Source: Octopus vulgaris (taxonomy: Eukaryota). Taken from it: a stretch of DNA of 64,000 bases. Positions within the stretch are counted from its first letter, which is position 1, and each line of letters opens with the position of its first letter. The DNA lies in assembly GCA_951406725.2 (NCBI GenBank), contig OX597830.1, forward strand, positions 77,252,001-77,316,000, read 5' to 3'. The notes under the pieces are model-generated. The model saw only the letters and a program-made list of their open reading frames with translations. It had not been told where the DNA came from and made no database searches. The position numbers were made by a program, and so were the translations under genes. Shown piece by piece: positions 43,786 through 56,858 of this stretch.

Positions 43786-43841
43786 GTCTTACAGCTGTTT
43801 CTGGAATATCCCCGAGTATGAGATATTCCATCATCAGAGAC
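43786..43841 (-). ncRNA. Minimal type I hammerhead ribozyme motif
   Basis: gtct CTGATGA tggaatatctc-atactc-ggggatattcca GAAACAGCTGTA agac: intact core, three stems, palindromic stem III, GUA cleavage triplet. Confidence 0.85.
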
Positions 43842-44514
43842 AAACTGGGGGAGAAAGTATGGGAAATAAGAATGGTATATATCAATATGATGACAATATA
43901 GAAGAAGGGAGTAAAAGAATAAGGAGATGGAAAGAGAGAAGAAAAAAGAAGCATGAAATTTCATAGTTCAAATTTCCAAAGTTATAGAAACCAAAGCATG
44001 AGCCCTTAGCTGCAATCCTGCGTAGATCCATGTGGGTTAAAGTCCTGATATAGTAGACATTCCAAGAAAAAGACGCGAACATATCAAAGTTCAATAACTG
44101 AATAGTTGCGAAGGTGGCAGTTAATTGGTAAAAGAAAAGGAATAGAGAGTTGGATAGAGTGAAGTAGGGGGTGGATTTTAAGGATTGGCTATAGGATAAA
44201 GTAAGGTGCATATATGTATAGGGACTAAAGACTGTGTACGGTGTAGCCGAGAAGGTAAGAGAGAAGATGAGGAGGTAGAGGAAAATAGCTAAAAAAAAAA
44301 AGAGTGAAATGAAAGGAATTTAAAGAGAGTAGTAGATGTCTGGTAGTTTCAAAGTCTAAAGTTGTTGGGAAGGAAAATTTGGTAGCAATTACTTGTGTTC
44401 GTCCTAGCAAGTGTCTTCTGTTATAGTCCTTTTCACGAAACCGGTATGCTTTTGAATCTCTTTAACAATTCACAATAATGACTTTTATTACTTTTATTCC
44501 TTTATTAGTTCATC

Positions 44515-44557
<43 letters not shown>

Positions 44558-44591
44558 ATATATGTATATATATATATATAACATAAGGGAC

Positions 44592-44787
44592 TAAAGCCAT
44601 CTGAATATGGCTAGGGACAGGGCAGGGTGGTGGTGTACGTTATAGCCCAGGCGAACATATATCGACACCGTCACGGTGTCCTTATACCGTGACGGTGTCG
44701 AGCCTTTCTGGTGACGTCGATGTTCGCCTGGGGCTAAATATGTAACACCCCCACCACCCGCCCTGTCCCTATATTCAGATGGCTTTA
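44592..44787. mobile_element. Near-fully palindromic GC-rich MITE
   Basis: taaagccatctgaatat / atattcagatggcttta termini with TA ends. Inner stems tagggacagggc, tagcccaggcgaacat and tcgacaccgtcacggt each have a reverse-complement partner. Confidence 0.85.
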
Positions 44788-44837
44788 TATGTTATCGAGC
44801 AGTTACTGTCTATATCTCTTTTAGGGAATTATTATGC

Positions 44838-44870
<33 letters not shown>

Positions 44871-44877
44871 ATATATG

Positions 44878-44908
<31 letters not shown>

Positions 44909-44945
44909 ATATATGTATATATATATATATGTATGTATATATATG

Positions 44946-45106
<161 letters not shown>

Positions 45107-45187
45107 CATCGTTACTTTTCATAAAAAGCTTTTACTTTTTTGATTTCCAATGTGAATTTTCGCTTATTTTTCGTCTTACTTTCCACC

Positions 45188-45236
<49 letters not shown>

Positions 45237-45899
45237 CGACAGACAGACAGACACAGACAGATTATCATTCCACACCGCTTGACCATTGGTGTCGATTGCT
45301 TTACATCTCTGCAACTTAGTGGTTCGGCGTAAGTAACAGATAGAATAGATACCAAGTTTTAAAATCAGCATTGCTGCCGATTTGTTCAATTAAACGCCTG
45401 AAGGTAATACCCCAGCATGGCAGCAGACGAATATATATGTAACAACTAAAAGATAAAAATTTCGATGCGAAACGAGCCCCATATTCTACAATAATAATTA
45501 TTCAAGAAAAATAATTATAATTATAAGCAACTATACTTCGATTCTTTGAAGAAGGAAAATAATTGTGAGCTGTAGAGTAACGATGAATATAAAACCGACA
45601 TTTTTAAACGCATCTGTTTAGTGTAGAAAATGTCGATTTTTGTTCTTCTAATTTTACATTCAGCGTAAATCTAGATATTACAATATGTCCTTCATAATGG
45701 CAAGCACAAACGGCGAGATGAAAATCCAACAAAATCACAGTTTATCGCATCTGTATGGAAGCTAAAGCCAGCAAAAGATGAAAAAAGACTCGTTGGATAT
45801 AACGGATTTTCAAATTCATGTATGAAGTCGTATATGTAAATGTACACACACACATACATTTATATATGTATATATATATATATATATATATGTATATAC

Positions 45900-45957
<58 letters not shown>

Positions 45958-46382
45958 ATGTATGTATATATATGTATATATATATATATACTTATATATT
46001 TATATGTATATGTATATATATATATTTATTTATATATATATATATGAATGTATATGTATGTGTGTATGTATATATATATATACATATATGCTTATATATA
46101 TGCGTGTGTGGTCATACACATGTAAAATCATTTGTATAGACATGCAGACAAATACACACTCGCATATCTGTACGCAAACGCACGCGCACAAACACACACA
46201 CACACACAGACATATGTGCATATATATGTACACACATATACAAGGTGAAAGAAAATCAATATCAACAACAAACATAACTACAATAATTATGCATGATTTG
46301 GTAACGTCTACAACACTACTCAGGACAACAATAACAACAACATTAACCGCAATCGCCTGAACAACGCCACAGCAACACCAAT

Positions 46383-46875
46383 AGAGGCGTAATGGCCCAG
46401 TGGTTAGGGCAGCGGACTCGCGGTTGTAAGAACACGGACTCGATTCCCAGACCGAGCATTGTGAGTGTTTATTGAGCAAAAACACCTAAACTCCACGAGG
46501 CTCCGGCGGGGGTGGTAGTGACCCCCGCTGTACTCTTTCACAACTTTCTCTCACTCTTTCTTCCTACTTCTGCCACAAAGCAGAGGAACTATGGTGTAAC
46601 CTACTATAATGTAGTAAACTTTCAGACCTTAGTCTAGATTGCGAATCCTCTGTACCCCAGGATGGTTCAGCTCTCCACCCGTTAAAAAGCCACCGTTTAC
46701 GGAATGAGGATAACAACGTAGCCTTCGTGCCCGTGCAACTGCCAGTCTATCTCTTGTGGTAGGTGGATCTTCATGTTGCCACACGCATTCTTAGTTGCTT
46801 AGTGTAGGCTCGAATTAGAGATGTGGCTAATGACGTAAGTTCTGATTGGAAGAAGAAGAAGAAAAAGAAGAAGAA
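46383..46875 (+). mobile_element. SINE family C head (to ~46565) plus a distinct ~290-bp 3' module ending in (GAA)n
   Basis: Head matches family C. Assigning the downstream block to the element is inferred from the GAA tail. Confidence 0.7.
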
Positions 46876-47987
46876 CAACAATAATACCAAAGCAACGCAG
46901 CCAACAAACTTGAAACCAGTGTTATTTATGTATAGTTGGGTATATGTGTCTCTGAAATATCAGAATAAAAATGAATGAAATAAAAGATGTACAGACAAGT
47001 AAAATATAAATCAAAAGATAAAAATTCCTAAGGCCTACTGTCCATTTCTACAGTTAGACCAAATCTGTTTCATTCATTAGAGCATAGAATCCATTCTGAC
47101 GTCCAGTAATAGATCTGTCATTCAGACTAAGGTCTTATGAGATCAACGTTCTAATGGTAACTTAACATTGACACTAACGACTCGGAAATGTTTTACTTTC
47201 ACTTTCGAACGTATCAGCCATATAAACACACACACATATACACACACATTTTACACACACAAATACACTTTTTATTTACATGCATATGTAATATACAACA
47301 CGTATAAACTAAAAATATACAAGCACATATTCATACATATTACAAAAAACGCAGATATACATAGAGATACGTTTCTTAAAGATACACAGAATATATAAAA
47401 GAGAATAGATATATATATATATACACGGGCATGAATAGCATATGGTATAGAACAACACAATCAAAGCAACATACATGCACACACTTGAGAATACGTTTGC
47501 ATGTGTGTGTGTATGTATGTGCGTTTTGTGTGTATGTGAGTGTGTAGGAAAATATACGCAAATACGTATACATGACAAGTATGGCAAACACATAATCATC
47601 TACATGCCATACGGCGGAACGCACACACACACACACAAAACAAATACTGCATATACACGACTATAAAATATATAACATTAATCGTTATTTTTTTCTTTAT
47701 TTTTTTTTTACAATGGCACTCGAAATAGATAGCGCTATAAATTACAGCTTGTAGATTGCTGGTTTAGAAAACCCACTTAGATGAAAAATATTCGAAAGCC
47801 TCACGTGAGACACGAACCCACATCTTCTGCAAACAAAATTTTTAAGTGTCGAAGTCAGACTGCCTGGGAGACGTACACATTCTGCACACATGACAAGATG
47901 TTTCTTATGTTTACAGAAGTTGCAGGTTCGGATCTAATTGGCAGCATTCGACTTTAATTCCGTCCAAAAGCTTTTTTTATTATCCAA

Positions 47988-48368
47988 CTAGCAGTATCGC
48001 CCGGCGTTGCTCGGGTTTGTAAGGGAAATAAGTATAAAGCATTTTTAGAGAGTTATAGCCAAAAAATAGCCAAAAAATAGAAAAAGAATTATGGTAATTT
48101 TTTTAGAGTTAAAAAGGTCAAGTTGCGTCCCCTAGACAGTCTGTGGTTTGTGTTTCTAATTCTCGACCCCATGTCGAATTTATCGATTTTTATCAGAACT
48201 GGGGGAACTTTTCAAAATTTTCACTGCGTTAGTTTTGAATTATGACATTGGGCTATGTGTGTGTCAAGTTTTATCAGAATCGGTTGAAAGCCGTGGTCAG
48301 GGTGAGGGTACAACCTGACAGACACACAGACACACAGACAGACAAACTGCCGTTTATATAGAGAGAGA
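47988..48368 (-). mobile_element. Non-autonomous Helitron
   Basis: A|TC 5' end followed by (GTCT)-type repeats. 3' hairpin cccgagcaacgccggg then CTAG|T. No TSD. Confidence 0.85.
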
Positions 48369-48415
48369 TTATCTACATTTCTCGATGTTTCTGAACACTT
48401 ATAATGCAAATATTG

Positions 48416-48462
<47 letters not shown>

Positions 48463-48582
48463 TGTGTGTGTGTATTCATATATGAGTATGTATACATAAT
48501 GAATATGTGTGCTTATTTATCGAAGATACACAAAAACAAGCAATAACAATGACTAACTCTAACACACACACACACAGACACA

Positions 48583-48620
<38 letters not shown>

Positions 48621-48880
48621 TACATACATACATACATACATACATACATACATACATACATACATACATACATACATACATGCATACATATGCACATAAG
48701 AACACAAACACAAACACACATATAAACACTCTGTTTGTCACGCGCTTAAACACATGTGTGTCTTATACAACGTTGGTCTAGTTTTCCCCATTTACCATGA
48801 AGAAGAATCGATAAGGCCGGACTAAAATATACGAAACAGTCTGAAAAACTCTAACATCAATCTATTCATTGTTTTAACAG

Positions 48881-48899
48881 TTGCCACCAGGGGGCAGCA
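48881..48899 (+). promoter_or_regulatory. Candidate CTCF site
   Basis: TTGCCACCAGGGGGCAGCA matches the CCASYAGRKGGCRS consensus exactly in AT-rich context. Confidence 0.5.
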
Positions 48900-49313
48900 C
48901 AATAATATTTCAAGGCTTGACCCCTGACGATTTCCAAATAAAATAGGGGCTGTCCCGAATCGCGTCTTCACCGGTCACCATTGATTACAAGATGGCCGAC
49001 GTAACGTGGAAAACTTTGTCTGGGGCTTTAGCACGAATTTGACATATAGCCTACACGTACACACATACATACATACATACATACATACATACATACATAC
49101 ATACATACATACATACATACATACATACGTGCATGCATACATACATACATACATACATACATACATACATACATACATACATACACAAACTAATATATAA
49201 CCCTTGAACGACCTTCAAATTTGTGAGATGTTAAACCGTCTTGACGAATAATGGTAATAACAAAGATGATGATGATGACGATCAAAATCATCATCATCAT
49301 CAACAACAACAAC

Positions 49314-49368
<55 letters not shown>

Positions 49369-49614
49369 CAATAATAACATGGGGTCAGTAGCTAGTGCTT
49401 GAATGAAGGATACATCTTTAAAAGTGATTGGACATGTTTTGTGAAACGCTACCACAACCACCACCACCACAACAATAACTACAAGAAACAACAACACACA
49501 ACAGTTCTATTCCTACCATAGCCGCTAACATCCTTTCTTTCACTGAATAATCTACTCAGAAAAGAGAGAGAGAGAGAAAAGAGAGAGAGATAAGAGAGAG
49601 ACAGAGAAAGTAAG

Positions 49615-49681
<67 letters not shown>

Positions 49682-50056
49682 GTGGCGGGAAGAGAGAGGA
49701 TGTAATAATAGGTGTATTGACCTCTTCACATTTGACGTGGTCAGCTTTTAAGTCAGTCCGGTTTGGGCCAATCTTTTCTCATTTAATATAAAATTGCCAT
49801 CAGTTCTATTTTTGTAATGCCATGGATGACACGATGTTTTGTCCGGCTTCCTGTTCCGCTATTATTGTATTAGATCCTTGGTTTTCGACCTTTGCATTGT
49901 TAAAGAGACACGTGAGGGCATTTGCCCGGAGTCAAGACCACATTTCAGTTTTCACAACACTTGCTGTTAAGTTAACTCATTTCTCTGCTGGCTAAAGGCT
50001 TTTTACGCGTTTTGTTTCGCTGCTCATATTTTATACAGACGCGTACAAATGAACTC

Positions 50057-50148
<92 letters not shown>

Positions 50149-50519
50149 GCTTGTGCGTGTGTGTATGCTTATTCATATATATTTATATATGCACACACAC
50201 GTACACATATGTAGGGAAAAACAGAAAAAGTGAGATAACTAGATTGATAGAGAGACAGACAGGCAGACAGAAAGACAGTCAGATAGATAGAGAAAGAGAG
50301 AGAACCAGAGAGAGGGGGGAGAGGGAGAGGGGTGAGAGATAGGGGGAGTGAGAGAGATAGGGCAGCGAGAGAGAGAGGAGGGGAGTGAGAGAGAGAGGGG
50401 GGAGTGAGAGAGAGATGAATAAATACTTGTATATTGTGAGCTTCGTGGTTGGCAAGTTAACAGACACACATACACACACATATACCTATATATACTACAT
50501 ATATACTTATGTATAATTA

Positions 50520-51805
50520 TGAGGGCTATATGAAAAGTCTTGAGCCTCAAAAAAAAAAACATTGTACAAGACTTCTGATGATTTATTTTTCAACATAGAC
50601 CCCCTCGATGGCTGAACACTTTCCCCAACGGTGCTGAAGCGCCATTATCCCGGCGTAGCACTCTTTTGTTTGTGACTCCAAGAAACTTCCTTCAGCGTCT
50701 ATGACGTCATTTTCACTGGCAAAATGGCGACCAGCCAGGGCTTTTTTCATTTTTGGGAATAGATGAAAGTCAGAGGGGGCTACGTCTGGCGAATAAGGCG
50801 GATGGGGAGCAAGTTCGTATCCACAATCACGAATTGTTGCATGGCAACCACTGAGGTGTGGGCTGGAACACTGTCGTGATGAAAAAGGACTCCTCTGGTG
50901 AGCATTCCCGGTCTTTTTTCTTTGACTGCTTCTCGGAGGCGTTTAAGTAGCTGAGAATAATACAGCCCTGTCACGGTGTGACCCATTTCAAGGTAATCAA
51001 TCAGCAAGACACCTTGAGAATCCCTCAAAACAGACGCCATGACCTTGCCAGCTGAAGGAATGACTCTGGCCTTCTTTGGGGTAGAGGATGTGTTCTTCCA
51101 CTGCTTTGGTTGTTCTTTGGTTTCAGGCCGGTAGTGTTGAACCCAACTTTCGTCCATAGTAATGAAACGAGCAAGAAAATTCTCTTAATCGGCTTCAAAC
51201 ATTTGCAGATTAATCGTGGACAAAGTGTACCTGGTGCGTTTCTGTTCAGAAGTCAAAAGGTGAGGGACCCACCTTGCCGAAACCTTTGAGAACCAAAGTT
51301 CTTTTTATCACAATGTTGTCTGCTCTTTCAGTTGAGATGTCCAGTCTCTCAGCTATCTCACGACATGATATTCGTCGATCTTGCATTATCATACCAAGAG
51401 CAAGGTCAAGGTTGTCCTTGGTGGTTGCAGTTGGAGGCCTCCCTGGTTTGGGATCATCTTCCACACTCTCTTTGCCACGCTGGAACTCATTTATCCAGCG
51501 TTTGACTGCTGCATATAAAGGAGCATTGTCTGTTAAGGTTCTCACCATATCTTCATAGATTTCTGATGGAGTCATGCCTTTCAAATGAAGGTACTCTATG
51601 ACAGCATGATACTCAGTTTTCTCCATTTTCCTTGTAACCTCGAGACTTGTTGATTCAAAAATCTGCAACAAAAAAATTAAAATATCAGAATCTTGAAAAT
51701 GAGCAAGAATACTCCGAAGAGACTGTACTTAACAGAAAAAATTTATTCCAGCTATCTAGCAGCCCCGTTTCTAGGTTAGGGTCAAAAATTTTCATACACC
51801 CCTCA
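50520..51805 (-). mobile_element. Near full-length mariner (~1.29 kb) with frameshifted transposase (51626 to 50583)
   Basis: Imperfect TIRs. MEKTEYHAVIEYLHLKG, DDPKPGRP, TMDESW, HHDSVPAH, YSPDVAPSDFHLF, YVEK*. Confidence 0.93.
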
Positions 51806-51844
51806 TCTATGCGTATATATATATGTATGTGTATTCATTTGTTC

Positions 51845-52057
51845 TTTTATTCTTTTACTTGTTTCAGTCATTTGACTGCCGCCATGCTGGAGCACCGCCT
51901 TTATTCGAAAAAATCGACCACAGGACTTATTCTTTGTAAGCCTAGTACTTATTCAATCGGTCTCTTTTGCCGAACCGCTAAGTAACGGGAACCATAACAC
52001 ACCAGCATCGGTTGTCAAGCGATGTTGGGGGAAAACACAGACACAAACGTACACACA

Positions 52058-52153
<96 letters not shown>

Positions 52154-52313
52154 CGACGGGCTTTCAGTTTCCGTCTACCAAAACCACTCACAAGGCTTTG
52201 GTCGGCCCGAGGCTATAGTAGAAGACACTTGCCCAAGGTGCCACACAATGGGACTGAGCGCGGAACCATGTGGTTGGTAAGCAAGCTACTTACCACACAG
52301 CCACTCCTACGCC
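51845..52313 (-). mobile_element. SINE family A, full length
   Basis: High similarity to 4746-5178. Confidence 0.9.
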
Positions 52314-52702
52314 TGGTATAAGAATTTAGCACTTATCAAGTAAACCAATGATAAAATACAATCTTCCTGGCCGTGACTATACCTCTAAATTTTCTTGCAT
52401 AGGATATTGTAACATAATTTTCTAAAGAAAGCGCAGTATGCAAATTGAGGGAGATAAAGTTGCTATTTCTAACGCATCAAATGACCATATAGATGTAACT
52501 ACTTTGGCTGGTCGAGATCACCCTCATATCCATCTTTGTTGGTGGTGTTTGTGATGGTGGTGATGATGTCGGTGTGATGGGGTTGTGGCGGTGGCTGGGG
52601 TGGTGGTGGTGGTGGTGATGGTGGTGATGGTGGTGGTGGTGGTGGTGGTATGGGTGGTGGTATGGGTGGTGGCGGTAAAAGTGCTGGCAGTTTTAGAAAT
52701 AG

Positions 52703-52974
52703 TGAATGGATTCGAAAAACCGAGAAGCAAAACTAAGACTTCGGGCGAAGATGGATTGGAAGAATGGCCAAGTGACCAGAACTCTTTTGAAAAAAAAACA
52801 AAAAACAAAAATAACATGTCATATCCAGTGGACGCATTCGGACCTAACGTTGTCCTGTTGAGATCACATGACCTGGAATTCTCCAACTTCCGTAATCTAT
52901 TGTATGCTCTGACAAGGATCTCTAGTTCGGTCAGCTCTGACAATTTCATCACTGTTGTTTCAAAAACGCTTCCA
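52703..52974 (+). repeat. Unclassified ~250-bp dispersed repeat, copy 1, followed by (CTAT)n
   Basis: Homologous in inverted orientation to 56859-57103. Confidence 0.85.
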
Positions 52975-52977
52975 TGC

Positions 52978-53085
<108 letters not shown>

Positions 53086-53113
53086 GTTTATTCATATATT
53101 TATCTGTCTTTCG

Positions 53114-53204
<91 letters not shown>

Positions 53205-53551
53205 TGTATGTATGTATATACACACACGCGCGAGTGAGGATAAGAATGAGTATGTGTATGCGTAAGTATATATGCATGATGCCTGTGTATTTGAATATTA
53301 TATGTGACTTTGTATGTATAAATATAATATATATATGGAGATAGATAGATATATATATAGAGAGAGAGAGAATGAGAGAGAGAGAGAAAAGAAGAGAGAA
53401 GGGATGGCCATTCACGTTTATCATTTCCACGTAACAAATCACACAATTAACGCCACGTTTCCAATTTGATAAATCAAATATATAGAATAGCATACACAAA
53501 TACGATATATATACGATATATATATATACGATATATATATATATACGATAT

Positions 53552-53628
<77 letters not shown>

Positions 53629-54204
53629 CATAATCCTGGCTAATCACCTCATTAACATATCATGCAGTACCCTGGCCAGCGTAGTATGGCAAAATCAAAA
53701 GGGGATCCATAAGACTTCAACTGATAAAAACACAAAGAGCATTATACAGTTCCAAGATTAGATCTAGTAAGATTAATATTAACTCCTCAGAGTGAGTAAT
53801 AAAAGTAATAATTTAAATGAGGAATGGAGAAGTCAAATTGACATTACAATTGTTTCCGCAAACGCACGATATTTTTATTCCCCATATTCATATCTCATTG
53901 AGTTTTATGCAATCCTTTGACTGTTATGTAATACATGGTATTATATATACATAGAAATATGTAATAATAATCCTATAGTCTAATCGCTTCCTCAGATGTC
54001 ATGATTTGAAAGCACGATCGACCAAATGAATGCTTTGGGATGAGTTCATTTGCGCGTGTTAGAATATCGTAAACAGACCGAATATTGAAAGCTTTCGCTT
54101 GATATCTCCTGTAAGATTTGAGACAACCTCTAAAAAAAAAAAAGATATCAGTTGATCAAATTAAAGTTAAATTAAAGTCAAGACTATGTATATATATATA
54201 TAAC

Positions 54205-54286
54205 GGCTGATGAGTGCTCAGCATTTTAAAAATGTTGTAATACTTACAACATTCAATAAAATGATGTAGCGTGAAACGATCGTACC
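54205..54286 (+). ncRNA. Hammerhead ribozyme motif with long stem II
   Basis: gg CTGATGA [gtgct..cattttaaaaatgttgtaa-tac-ttacaacattcaataaaatg..agcgt] GAAACGATCGTA cc. Stem I is eroded to 2 bp. Confidence 0.65.
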
Positions 54287-54461
54287 AAATTACCGAAGTT
54301 ATTCTTGTTGCTTATTTTGATTATAATCAACCCATGGATTTATATGGATAACACCATACAAAATTCTAGTGCATCTAACTTAAGTACCATATTCATTTGA
54401 ATCTAAATTTTGGTGAACTTATTTATATATATATATGAATATATATATATATACACACACA

Positions 54462-54693
54462 CATAATCCCACGACTATGACATGTGTTATATTTCCAAAC
54501 CCCTCGCGATAGGTGAAAATCTGCGAAGTAGAAACAGTACTGTATTGTATATTTTTTTCTTTCTAATTTGTATATATTTATTTGTTATAAATACTATAAA
54601 TACAACATGACGGAGGAATCCACGTAAACTTAAATAATACACCGCGATAGGTGGACCGCAATAAGTGAACCGCGATACAGCGATGGATTACTA
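54462..54693 (+). mobile_element. Tigger/pogo-like MITE
   Basis: Degenerate TIRs taatccc.cg / cgatggattac, subterminal ccgcgata repeats, second copy at 3553. Confidence 0.65.
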
Positions 54694-54757
54694 TACATAT
54701 GTAATAATAGATATATATATATGGATTACTAGATGGATAACTATATATATATATATG

Positions 54758-54794
<37 letters not shown>

Positions 54795-54904
54795 GTAATG
54801 CATATAGTGCTAGTTTAATGCTAACAGCTCTCTGTATTTCTCTCTCTAGCTTTATCTGTAGATAAATTGTTGTAGATTAATTGTATATATTGATGTTTTA
54901 GAGG

Positions 54905-55253
54905 AATTGTTGTAGACAAATTCATCTAGAACCGGCAAAATCATCCTCAGTAGAACTTGAAGGCAAAGCTTAAAGACGAATAAAATGCTGCTAAACATAT
55001 TGTTCGGCGTGCTAGTGACTACCATCTCGCCGCCTTTCTTTCAGGGTTAATAATAGTTTCAAATCCTGGCAAGGGCCAGCAGCTTTTTTCAGAGGAAGGG
55101 GTAAAGTCAATTACATCGACCCCAGTGCTCAACTGCTACTTATTTCGTCGACCCTGAAATGTTGAAAGGTAAAAATCTATTTCGGCAAAATTTGAACTCC
55201 GAATATAAAGACGGGTAAAATACCGCTAAGCATTTTGTTTAGCATGTTAACGA
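54905..55253 (-). mobile_element. Two older SINE family B copies (~54905-55036, ~55055-55253)
   Basis: ctcgccgcctt head end; ttacatcgaccccagtg core. Confidence 0.65.
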
Positions 55254-55254
55254 T

Positions 55255-55671
55255 TATTCTTTATTGCCCACAAGGAGCTAAACATAGAGGAAACAAACAA
55301 GGACAGACAAACGGATTAAGTCGATTACATCGACCCCAGTGCGTAACTGGTGCTTAATTTATCGACCCCGAAAGGATGAAAGGCAAAATCGACCTCGGTG
55401 GAATTTGAACTCAGAACGTAACGGCAGATAAAATACCTATTTCTTTACTACCCACATGGGGCTAAACACAGAGAGGACAAACAAGGAAAGACAAACGGAT
55501 TAAGTCGATTATATCGACCCCAGTGCGTAACTAGTATTTAATTTACTCGACCCCGAAAGGATGAAAGGCAAAGTCGACCTCGGCGGAATTTGAACTCACA
55601 ACGTAACGGCAGACGAAATACCGCTAAGCATTTCGCCCGATGTGCTAACGCTTCTGCCACCTCGCCGCCTT
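55255..55671 (-). mobile_element. Dimeric SINE family B (head plus two body units)
   Basis: Head 55671-55622, unit 1 55621-55437, unit 2 55436-55255. Confidence 0.9.
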
Positions 55672-56406
55672 TCATTCAAAATTAATAATGGAGTATTAGA
55701 AGGATGCTTTAGATCTTTTTAAATTTCAAATTTCAAATCCCACCTCGGACGTATTAGCATTCACCGATTAAGATTTAGTAATTCATGAATTCGATTACAA
55801 CTTTTGGGTGGGTGACTCCAAAGAAGTCCATTGTGTTGTAACTATTCGGATTTGATGAAGAAACGCCCTCAGTATCATGATCGGTGGGTTTTAATTGATG
55901 CATGTCGACTGCCTGTCGAGCCTTTAGCAAAACTACTACAAACACCATTAATCGCAAAGGATCTAAAAGGGTTTGTTCTTAAATGTTGGCCTTGCTCTTA
56001 AATGTTCCTGGGTAAAAGAAAGAACAGAAAGATCACAGAGGGCGGCTCTGCATCCTACACCCCGTCAACATTATAATCTTCACCAGCATCTTCACATACA
56101 TATACACATAAATACAGACGTATATACGCACGCACAGACACATACACATACGCACATAAACGCATCTATACACAAACATATATATACATACATCTGTGTG
56201 CGAGGTTTTGTTCTAAGTAACTACGTATTACAAGCTGAAGAAAAGGAGAACTCAATACATTTTTGTTACAAAATATTTATAGTGAGATTTTGAAAGCTTA
56301 ATGCTTCACAGTGACATGTAGTCTTGTGATAAGGGTATATATGATGATAGAGGCGGATACAGGGATAAATAAATAAATAGATAGATAGATAGATAGTTAG
56401 ATAGAT

Positions 56407-56462
<56 letters not shown>

Positions 56463-56593
56463 TAAGAAAGTAGGTAGGTAAGTAGGTAGGTAGGTAAGTT
56501 GGCTGGTAGATTGGTAGGTAGGTAGGTAGGTACAAAGAGAGTGATGGATAAATAGGTGGACACACACTGCACATAGATATATAGAGAAGTGTG

Positions 56594-56647
<54 letters not shown>

Positions 56648-56858
56648 TGTGCGTGTGTGCGTGTGTGCGTGTGTGTATGAATGTATATATATGTGTGTAT
56701 GTGTGTATATATATACTTATTTGTGACTGTATATATATATATATAGAGAGAGAGAGAGATGGAGAGATTGGTAGGAAATATGTAGATAGACAGATAGCTA
56801 GATACAGACGTAGACAGACAGACAGATAGATAGACAGATACATACATAGATAGATATG

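Noticed and set aside
48920-49026. CTGACGA...GAAA...GTC possible hammerhead
   Set aside because: Stem I first pair mismatched, and stem II geometry overlaps the GAAA.
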